A DNA stretch of 64,000 nt, from the sequence record NC_091964.1. The stretch is one strand, 5' to 3'. Under the pieces are notes generated by a model. It did no database searches. It saw nothing but the letters and a program-made list of their open reading frames with translations, and had not been told where the DNA came from. The position numbers and the translations under genes were made by a program. Each line of letters starts with the position of its first letter. Position 1 is the first letter of the stretch. Of the stretch, positions 49,024-56,114 are shown piece after piece.

Positions 49024-49173
49024 ATGACACAGCCAAAAGATGATTTCGATATCGATGCACTCGCTAACGTTGACTTCGACGCCGTTGATAAACGCGTAGA
49101 AGAAATGCAAGCGGGCGGCGGAGAAGTGCTCGAGCCGAGCAATAAATGCGAATCAGGCGCATGTGAAATCTAA
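49024..49173 (+). CDS. 49-aa acidic miniprotein ending in the NrdA-tail-like motif CESGACEI (not in ORF track)
   Basis: MTQPKDDFDIDALANVDFDAVDKRVEEMQAGGGEVLEPSNKCESGACEI*; starts 4 nt after the upstream stop and fills the gap to a terminator. Confidence 0.75.
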   Translation: MTQPKDDFDIDALANVDFDAVDKRVEEMQAGGGEVLEPSNKCESGACEI

Positions 49174-49180
49174 AGTAATT

Positions 49181-49212
49181 GAGGGGTCTTCGGACCCCTC
49201 TTTTATTTTTTT
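49181..49212 (+). terminator. Intrinsic terminator (UUCG loop)
   Basis: GAGGGGTC-TTCG-GACCCCTC-TTTTATTTTTTT. Confidence 0.9.
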
Positions 49213-49271
49213 GTCTTTATCAGTTGGTGCTGCCGTTTCCTATGGACCGCAAACTAACCAAGGAACCTCCG

Positions 49272-50207
49272 ATGCTCGAGTCAATATTGTCAGCATTAAA
49301 CAAACCTTCAAGGCAACCGGGGGTAATAACTGGTGTGTATGAAGCACAGCCTATTATCACTTCGGGGGACTTTAACTTCTATAACGTTGTAGGGGCGTCA
49401 GTAAGGGTAGGAGATTATCTCTACATTGCACCTGGTAACTATTCTACCGGTGGCAGTTACGTTCTTACAAATAACTTCTACCGCTACAATCTTAAGACCT
49501 TTAAGCTAGAGCAGCTAAGTGCTGCACCTAAAGCAGTCTCCTTTGCGTCGCTGTGTCATGACAACGGAAAGATATACATGTATGCAGGCATACCCGCAAG
49601 CGGCAGTAACAGTCCGCTTTGTATATATGACATTGCATCAGGGACATGGACTAACACTGGGCTAGCTAACCAGGCCCGAAAAAACTGCCGGACCTTTGTA
49701 TACAACGGACGGTTATACACCGTTGGCGGCGGTTTGTCTTCGGGTGGTGTTTATTACGATGTCATCTCGTACGACCTTAAAGATTATTCATCTATTAACC
49801 ACGGTAACTTCCTGAACCAAACAGGTGCTGGATATTTATTCAGCGAAGGCGCTGGGGTACTAATTGACTCGAAGTTCTATTTCTCGCGAGGCGGTAATAC
49901 GAGTAACGATGCGTGGATGGTATTTGATGCCGCTAAACTGACTCTCAAGGTACTGACAATGAACCCTGCGGCGGTGGCCGGGGGAGTACCGGTCTTGTTC
50001 GGCGACAAGATTGTCATGCGTAACGGTAACGCTTCTATCTCCCTGTACGAACCATCAACGGACAAGTGGACGGTCGTTCAGGCTGAAACTAACGCATCAT
50101 ACTCAGGTAATGGTCAGTCATTACATTTTGAGTACGATGGTTCTCTTTGGACTAAATACTTGCAAAGTAACGATAATACCGCAAGACGGTTCTGGCGAAT
50201 TAATTAA
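49272..50207 (+). CDS. Kelch-repeat beta-propeller protein (start revised to MLESILS)
   Basis: SD aagga; repeats such as GDYLYIAPG...YRYN, GKIYMYAG...IYDIASGTW, GRLYTVGGG...SYD. Confidence 0.8.
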   Translation: MLESILSALNKPSRQPGVITGVYEAQPIITSGDFNFYNVVGASVRVGDYLYIAPGNYSTGGSYVLTNNFYRYNLKTFKLEQLSAAPKAVSFASLCHDNGKIYMYAGIPASGSNSPLCIYDIASGTWTNTGLANQARKNCRTFVYNGRLYTVGGGLSSGGVYYDVISYDLKDYSSINHGNFLNQTGAGYLFSEGAGVLIDSKFYFSRGGNTSNDAWMVFDAAKLTLKVLTMNPAAVAGGVPVLFGDKIVMRNGNASISLYEPSTDKWTVVQAETNASYSGNGQSLHFEYDGSLWTKYLQSNDNTARRFWRIN

Positions 50208-50213
50208 TAGGGT

Positions 50214-50240
50214 AGGGGACTTCGGTCCTCTATTCTTTTT
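50214..50240 (+). terminator. Intrinsic terminator (UUCG loop)
   Basis: AGGGGAC-TTCG-GTCCTCT-ATTCTTTTT. Confidence 0.7.
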
Positions 50241-50275
50241 TGCTGTCTGGTTCTATTGGTATAGGAGGAACCAGC

Positions 50276-50629
50276 ATGTTATCTCGAAATGGTAAACACC
50301 AATATATCTGTCCTCATTGTCACAATCCGGACATTAAACAAATTCACATGTACGGCCAGAAGTCCATCGAATGTCGTAAGTGCAATCGTTGGTTCGCATG
50401 GTCGCTGAAAAAAGAAATTCCTGTCGGGGAGGAAAGAATGTTACGCGAAGATTATATGTTTACAGTGGGTATGGGCATAGGCATGTTACTGGCCATGTTG
50501 TTTATGGTAGTAATCTTTACCTTTACAACAACGAGGATTGAAGTCCTCCTCTGGACGGGGTCTATCGTAGCAGTATTCTCCGCAGTAATGTTGGTATGGG
50601 TCAATTTGAAATTCAGGGGGATCATTTAA
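50276..50629 (+). CDS. Zn-ribbon protein with two C-terminal TM helices (start revised)
   Basis: SD aggagg; CPHC...CRKC; two hydrophobic segments. Confidence 0.65.
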   Translation: MLSRNGKHQYICPHCHNPDIKQIHMYGQKSIECRKCNRWFAWSLKKEIPVGEERMLREDYMFTVGMGIGMLLAMLFMVVIFTFTTTRIEVLLWTGSIVAVFSAVMLVWVNLKFRGII

Positions 50630-51093
50630 TGCTACTACTCAATAAAGAACGTTTTCTCAAGCTCCCTGCCGGTATCTTCTATATTGAGGTTAGCAGCAGA
50701 GATTGCGACCCATCAACTGCGATGGTAAGTAACCCTATCAAAATTAAAGGCAATACCTTCGAGGATTTCGATGCCCAAGAAGGTAACCTTTCTTTCGCCC
50801 CTACGCCGGAAGATAACGGTCAGGAAGACTGGCCTTGTATTGGTAATGTATACGATGAAGAGAAAGGTTTCTCGGATTCGATGGATTTAACCTTAACTCT
50901 CACCCGTGGTGGTCTTATCGGAAGTGATGATTCTCGATTTATCGTCTTTGAACCTTCTGACATCAATACCATGAAGGAATGGATGGAAAAGGCATTTATT
51001 GCTATGGCTGCTTGGTTAAAAGAGCAGCCCGCTAAATACCCTGAATTAATGAAGGCTGTCGATAACACCTACAACGATAAGGATTTTAATTAA
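50629..51093 (+). CDS. Hypothetical protein (start revised, TAATG coupling)
   Basis: Stop/start overlap at both ends. Confidence 0.65.
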   Translation: MLLLNKERFLKLPAGIFYIEVSSRDCDPSTAMVSNPIKIKGNTFEDFDAQEGNLSFAPTPEDNGQEDWPCIGNVYDEEKGFSDSMDLTLTLTRGGLIGSDDSRFIVFEPSDINTMKEWMEKAFIAMAAWLKEQPAKYPELMKAVDNTYNDKDFN

Positions 51094-52067
51094 TGGAAGT
51101 ATCTAAAGTAAAACCTATGCAGGCCGATATCATCTACTACCACGGTGATTGTGTTGATGGTATGGCAGCTGCCTGGGTAGCGTGGCGATGGGCGCGGAAA
51201 CACCGTCCGGACAGCCTTGTGCATCTTTTAGAGGCTCATTACGGGAAGCCGTTGGACATCCCGGAAAACTGGTATAATACCGAGGACGATGTAGTTATGC
51301 ACGTCCTGGACTTCAGTATCCCGGTGGAAGACCTGAAAGAAGTCTGTAAGAAGTGTAATGTCAAGACACTTTACTATATCGATCATCATCCTACCGGTAA
51401 GAGCCAGATTGAAGCTGCTGTTGCAGAAGCGTCAGACTGGGGCGTTGATATGGCGGCATGGTTCGATAATGGTCCCGGTAAAAGCGGCGCGTCGCTGGCG
51501 TGGGATAACTACTTCCCTAACGAGCCTGTTCCGTTATCGATTTTACGTGTTGCTGATCGCGATACCTGGACCTTTAAGTATCTTGATTCCAAGACCTTCC
51601 ATGCGTACGCTGCGCTGTTCTTAAAAGATGAAACGCGTTGGGATAGCGTGTTTGAGAACGATAAGTTTAACGAGAACATTGTTAAGGGTTCGGCTATCCG
51701 TTTGCAGATCGAATCTATCGTTAACAAATATACTCAGCCTGAGTTACATCAGAACGTTGTTTACGGCGAATATAAGGGCGTCGCGGTTAACGTCGGTCGT
51801 GAGTTCGTATCCGAGGTGTGTAATAACATCCTGGAGTCTAATCCGCAGATCGATTTCGTTCTGGGTTATCAAATCCATCCGATGCACGTCAAGTTCGATT
51901 TCCGTGCAAGGCAAAGTGACGACATCAATGTTGGGACGATTGCTAAGTACTGGGGCGGGGGCGGACATCCGGCAGCTGCGGGGCTGTTAATTCCTAAAAC
52001 CCATTGCTATTCTTCGGGTACTCGCCTACAGGACTTCTTGAAGAAAGTTAAACTAAATCTTTTCTGA
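51093..52067 (+). CDS. DHH/DHHA1 family phosphoesterase
   Basis: YHGDCVDG, LDFS, IDHH, SGASLAW, DRDTW, GGGGHPAAAG. Confidence 0.88.
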   Translation: MEVSKVKPMQADIIYYHGDCVDGMAAAWVAWRWARKHRPDSLVHLLEAHYGKPLDIPENWYNTEDDVVMHVLDFSIPVEDLKEVCKKCNVKTLYYIDHHPTGKSQIEAAVAEASDWGVDMAAWFDNGPGKSGASLAWDNYFPNEPVPLSILRVADRDTWTFKYLDSKTFHAYAALFLKDETRWDSVFENDKFNENIVKGSAIRLQIESIVNKYTQPELHQNVVYGEYKGVAVNVGREFVSEVCNNILESNPQIDFVLGYQIHPMHVKFDFRARQSDDINVGTIAKYWGGGGHPAAAGLLIPKTHCYSSGTRLQDFLKKVKLNLF

Positions 52068-52071
52068 CAGC

Positions 52072-52104
52072 AAAAGAGAGGGCCGTTTGGCCCTCTTTTT
52101 TTTT
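52072..52104 (+). terminator. Intrinsic terminator
   Basis: GAGGGCC-GTTT-GGCCCTC with flanking A- and T-tracts. Confidence 0.85.
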
Positions 52105-52145
52105 ATCTATGTAGTACATAACGACGACCTGCCCAAAGGTGACGT

Positions 52146-52352
52146 ATGATTGAAAATCTTCTTGGCTCTGGTAAAGCGACTGTTAATGGATTATTAGTAT
52201 CTACAAATGGTGCGGCTATATTTAGACCGGTATACTCTGGGCTCATACCGTTAACAACGGGTGCTGCCCTTTTCACTACTCCTTATTGCGGTTTAATACC
52301 TTTAGTTACAGGCGCCGCGATCTTTAAGAAAGGAACAGTAAATGGCAATTGA
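52146..52352 (+). CDS. 68-aa protein with MIENLL N-terminus and 17-aa repeats
   Basis: SD aaggtg; GAA[IL]F x3 and GLIPL x2 with a 17-aa period. Confidence 0.6.
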   Translation: MIENLLGSGKATVNGLLVSTNGAAIFRPVYSGLIPLTTGAALFTTPYCGLIPLVTGAAIFKKGTVNGN

Positions 52353-53454
52353 TTACATGCAAGGCTGGCAGGGAGTGGACCCTAAGCAAGTGGCCGTTGG
52401 CGGTTCTGCTAGCGTAGAAACATGGTTGAATAATCTGACTACTCCTCGAGGGACACTTAAGTCCATTCGAGATTTAACGATATACAGTTTATCCAACGGG
52501 GGATTACGTCATAATTTCGAGAACGGCGCTGATGGTCAGGTGCAGTTAGCGACTTACGCAACTTCGGGCTACCCTTATACAGTAGCAGCACGTTTCTTCG
52601 TGGCGGCCCAAGAAACTGGGATATCTACTTTCGGTGCGAGACTCAAGAGAAACGGAAACACAAGTGCTCAATGTGTAAGAATAATCGGTGCGCTCAGTAC
52701 TAGCGCAGGTAATACAGGATCTGCTTACATAGGCGGAACAAACAGCCTGTTGGAGGTTTATGTAGAGGTATTGATTAACTGGGACGCTAAGACCTTTAGT
52801 ATCTATCTTAATGATACGTTGCAGACTACGATGAATTTCACGTCCCTTACTGAAATTTATATCGGATCGTTGGCAAGCTATCCCCTTTATCCGCCAGGTA
52901 ACACGTCTGGTAGTACATCTTGGGCTTTCTCTGCTAGCAACGGAAAACAGAACATTAGCGACATCTACGCTAACTACGATGCTCCTGGCGATGAGAACCC
53001 GATAGGTAGACTTGGTCCTATTATTATTAGACCAATCCCCATTGTCGATGTTTCGATTGCAAACGGTTCATTCTCCGGCACGTCCAAAGAAGAATGGATG
53101 GCAAATAAATCTGTCTATAACACCAATCCTAATAAAGGCATCCGTACGGCAGGAGATGGGAAGAAAACCATTGCTACGTTCGATGATGTTACTAAGTATA
53201 GGAAAGAAGGCGAAGAGATAGTCGGGTTCGGTATTACCCAGACGTTCACTAACTTCGATCCTGTCAAGCCTACCAAATTCGTCGGTAACGTTTCAGGTCC
53301 TAGCGGTACTGATTACTCAGGTAAATTAGAGAGGCTATCTGGTGGTTCTTCTTATTCATCTCCATTATGGTTCACTTTCGCAGTGAGTGGAATGAGTGAA
53401 GAAGACCTGAAAGGGCCGCGTTTCTATATGGATATGTTGCGGGCTGCTGATTAA
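52342..53454 (+). CDS. Putative virion lectin-like (jelly-roll) protein
   Basis: SD aggaa; Ser/Thr/Gly-rich beta protein; YVEVLINW...ISDIY..D...GRLGP pattern. Confidence 0.55.
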   Translation: MAIDYMQGWQGVDPKQVAVGGSASVETWLNNLTTPRGTLKSIRDLTIYSLSNGGLRHNFENGADGQVQLATYATSGYPYTVAARFFVAAQETGISTFGARLKRNGNTSAQCVRIIGALSTSAGNTGSAYIGGTNSLLEVYVEVLINWDAKTFSIYLNDTLQTTMNFTSLTEIYIGSLASYPLYPPGNTSGSTSWAFSASNGKQNISDIYANYDAPGDENPIGRLGPIIIRPIPIVDVSIANGSFSGTSKEEWMANKSVYNTNPNKGIRTAGDGKKTIATFDDVTKYRKEGEEIVGFGITQTFTNFDPVKPTKFVGNVSGPSGTDYSGKLERLSGGSSYSSPLWFTFAVSGMSEEDLKGPRFYMDMLRAAD

Positions 53455-53460
53455 CGATGC

Positions 53461-53496
53461 AAAGAGAGGGCCCGAAGGCCCTCTTCTTTTTTTTTT
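53461..53496. terminator. Terminator between convergent genes
   Basis: GAGGGCC-CGAA-GGCCCTC plus long T-tract. Confidence 0.85.
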
Positions 53497-53499
53497 GCT

Positions 53500-53898
53500 T
53501 TATGACTGTTCGGTAGCGGGAAGATCCAATACCGTCATCTTCTGCGGTTCATCCTGGCGACGCTCGTAATGAGACTTACCGCCAATACGAACAGCTAAGT
53601 ACATGAGCTGTGCACGCAGCTTCGAAATACGAAGACGTTTAAGGTTCTTCAGGAACAACTGATCAGCTCGCTTGCGAGGAAGCTCTCCGCCGTAACAGTA
53701 GTCGTGTACTAACGCTGCCGGTAGCGTACGACCATAACGAGGGAAAATCCAACGCGCCCACCAGGGCGAGCTTACTCCGTCAGATAAGAAGTCTTTAGGT
53801 ACGATGATTTCCGGGGTAACAAAATCCGTGAGTAGTTGTACCTTATTAGGGAAACTAAGGAACTTCACTTCTGGATCGGGTAACTTATAAGTTCTCAT
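53500..53898 (-). CDS. DUF1353 family protein
   Basis: VPKDFLSDGVSSP...AALVHDYCY...RKRADQLF...MYLAVRIGG. Confidence 0.8.
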   Translation of the reverse strand: MRTYKLPDPEVKFLSFPNKVQLLTDFVTPEIIVPKDFLSDGVSSPWWARWIFPRYGRTLPAALVHDYCYGGELPRKRADQLFLKNLKRLRISKLRAQLMYLAVRIGGKSHYERRQDEPQKMTVLDLPATEQS

Positions 53899-53931
53899 GT
53901 CTAAATCCTTCGCTGTCTGATTAATTCATTG

Positions 53932-54633
53932 TTATACTACTAAACTCCCTTTATTCGGCGTGAAGTTAGCGTTATATTTAGCGCCAATCCAAATAGCAAA
54001 TTCCGGGATGTAGACGTTGTATGCGTTTCCTCCTATTAATAGCTTAGTGATTGATTTTAATACGTACTGGGAAACATCCACTGAAGATGCGCCGTACGAT
54101 GAACCGGTTCCAGCAGCTAGCGGTTGTAACTGCCCATCGTAATAGATTCGCCCTTTACCGTTATCACGGACAACGGCTACATGGTGCCATCCACCTGAGA
54201 AAGTAGTGCGGTTAATTGGCGTACTCCAGTTAGCCCCGAGTATAGCAGCGTACAAAGAGAACTGAAGTCTATTACCAAAACCACTATCGGCAATACGAAT
54301 AGGAAATGTTCTTCCATTGTCATATTCGATAGTTAAGAAGGTGGTATAGCCAGCAGGACCTGGATCGACATAGACCCAGAACTCAACGGTGAAGTTTTCC
54401 GTTTCCATAAAGGAGAGTGCAGCCATTGGGGTTATCGTAATGGCTTTATTGTAAAGCGACAACCCCTTTGCATAACCTGCTGACTTATCACCGTAGTTAA
54501 CGACGTCGGTCGATAGATTACTACTTACGGTTTGAGTTGACCCAGTACTGACGCCTTTATTGTAGTCGAAGCCTAATACAGGCTTATCGCTAGGCGGTAG
54601 TGGCTTTCTACCTGTTAACATTGCCTCAAGCAT
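53932..54633 (-). CDS. LamG/ConA-like lectin tail accessory protein
   Basis: MLEAML N-terminus; NFTVEFWVY, GWHHVAVVR.NG..RIYYDG, YIPEFAIW..AKY. Confidence 0.8.
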   Translation of the reverse strand: MLEAMLTGRKPLPPSDKPVLGFDYNKGVSTGSTQTVSSNLSTDVVNYGDKSAGYAKGLSLYNKAITITPMAALSFMETENFTVEFWVYVDPGPAGYTTFLTIEYDNGRTFPIRIADSGFGNRLQFSLYAAILGANWSTPINRTTFSGGWHHVAVVRDNGKGRIYYDGQLQPLAAGTGSSYGASSVDVSQYVLKSITKLLIGGNAYNVYIPEFAIWIGAKYNANFTPNKGSLVV

Positions 54634-54642
54634 ATAACCTAC

Positions 54643-55332
54643 CTATGGAATAAGTTCCAGGACGGGTCGCCAGCCGACGTTGGGATTAGCGGACGTACGT
54701 CCCAAGGACGAAGGTGTTTTGATAGACTCATAACCGATACAGTTAGCATTCCCTGTTGCCGTAGCGGGTACTTGTGCTGTCATACAGTGATGCCCTGGCG
54801 TACCGGTGTTGATGGTTGCCCATTTGGTTCCAGCTTCTGTATCGCTTGCTGCTGTGTTTCTATCGATCGTCCACATGAGTCGCGCCCATTCGGATTCGGG
54901 CATATCAGCAGCAGTATAGGTATCTTTTAATGATATCCGTGGTAAACGCACGAGGTAAGTATATCCGTTTACAACGAGCTTTTTATTCTGCAATACGTTC
55001 GCCCCATCCGGGTATCCACCGAAATCATCTCGGCCGTATACAAGTCCTTTTTGGTACATCGTGGAACGAGCAATGCCATCTACTAATGTAGTGGTTGGGA
55101 TATATAAAACTTTCCCGTCTAGGGCAAACTTCATCCAGGTAGGTGTTGCTACCGTCCAGCCCGTCAGTGCTTTAAGGTCGTTTGCAGTGGCTACTTCCGT
55201 TGCGTCTAGGGTTCCAAAGAAACCCGACTCTTTACCGTCCGTTCTTTTAAAGAACTTGTCTGTAGTTTGTGGTCCAGGCCCGAGAGCTAACCCGCTACCT
55301 AAAGATTTCTTACTGGTAAGTATCTCTAGCAC
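54643..55332 (-). CDS. Tail-associated protein, phiKZ gp131-like family (start revised to GTG, MLEILT)
   Basis: SD gaggag before GTG 55332; WMKFALDGKVLYIP, YLVRLPR, SEWARLM, GWRPVLELIP. Confidence 0.7.
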   Translation of the reverse strand: MLEILTSKKSLGSGLALGPGPQTTDKFFKRTDGKESGFFGTLDATEVATANDLKALTGWTVATPTWMKFALDGKVLYIPTTTLVDGIARSTMYQKGLVYGRDDFGGYPDGANVLQNKKLVVNGYTYLVRLPRISLKDTYTAADMPESEWARLMWTIDRNTAASDTEAGTKWATINTGTPGHHCMTAQVPATATGNANCIGYESIKTPSSLGRTSANPNVGWRPVLELIP

Positions 55333-55351
55333 GGTTCTCCTCCTCAACAAA

Positions 55352-55388
55352 TAAAAAAATAAAGGAGGAGGGAACCGAGGTTCCCTCC
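55352..55388 (-). terminator. Intrinsic terminator (minus strand)
   Basis: GGAGGGAAC-loop-GTTCCCTCC with an A-tract on the + strand side. Confidence 0.75.
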
Positions 55389-55395
55389 GACGTTA

Positions 55396-56061
55396 TTAAG
55401 CTACTTCAATGAAATCCGGGATAGTAGGCAGATCAGAGAGCTTGGTAGCGCTATTGATCTCGTCCATGTAATCCCAGAGTTGATTCAGGACAGCGACGGT
55501 ATATTCCATCACGCTTTTACCGAGGACTTTCATATCCTCGACAGAATACTGAACCGTGGTGTTATCGAAAGTACGCAGGCGGAACTTACGAGTCGCATCA
55601 GTTTCGTCCTGAGCCAGAAGATAAAGGCCAGTGATTAACTGACGGTTATCTGCGGTCAGAGAGAACTTCTCGTCCCCGTCGTTGTGCTTGTGCACATAGC
55701 CGCGATCATAAGTGGATTGCAGGACAGAGTCCAAACGCCACATCAGATTCTGCTGTTCGTTCGCCAGCGCAGCAGCGGCTTCTTCCGGAGTATAATCACG
55801 GGTAGACCACTGCTGTACATAACCTGTGCCTTCTACTAACAGAGGCTCAGTTTTCTCAACTACATCACCCGCAGGTTTTTCGCTGGGGTGAATAGGGTAG
55901 ATACCCATAGGGGCGAGAACTTCTTCCGGCTGACGATCCTGGAAACTCGTGTTCGGGAAGTAGCGGTTCAGTTCGTAGAAAGAAACCGGCCATACGGGAT
56001 CGGCTACACCCTCAAGGCCGTGACCTGCTAAGATAAGCGGGGTAGAACCATCGCACATCAT
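55396..56061 (-). CDS. Tail fibre assembly-like protein with DUF4376-like C-terminus
   Basis: FPNTSF...QQWSTRDYT.EE, then RLRTFDNTTVQYSVEDMKVLG; follows the fibre gene. Confidence 0.65.
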   Translation of the reverse strand: MMCDGSTPLILAGHGLEGVADPVWPVSFYELNRYFPNTSFQDRQPEEVLAPMGIYPIHPSEKPAGDVVEKTEPLLVEGTGYVQQWSTRDYTPEEAAAALANEQQNLMWRLDSVLQSTYDRGYVHKHNDGDEKFSLTADNRQLITGLYLLAQDETDATRKFRLRTFDNTTVQYSVEDMKVLGKSVMEYTVAVLNQLWDYMDEINSATKLSDLPTIPDFIEVA

Positions 56062-56081
56062 AATCGTTTACTCCAATGGAA

Positions 56082-56108
56082 AGAAAGGAGGGGAGGTTTC
56101 CCTCCCCT
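56082..56108 (-). terminator. Hairpin/terminator after the collagen fibre gene
   Basis: On the minus strand AGGGGAGG-GAAA-CCTCCCCT-CCTTTCTT. Confidence 0.6.
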
Positions 56109-56114
56109 TACCTA

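Noticed and set aside
49179-49271. ORF-track 5' extensions (49179, 47702, 55350, 10351, 50240, 61248, 32527)
   Set aside because: They run through terminators, intergenic structure or upstream genes; downstream starts with SD sites or stop-start coupling are better supported.
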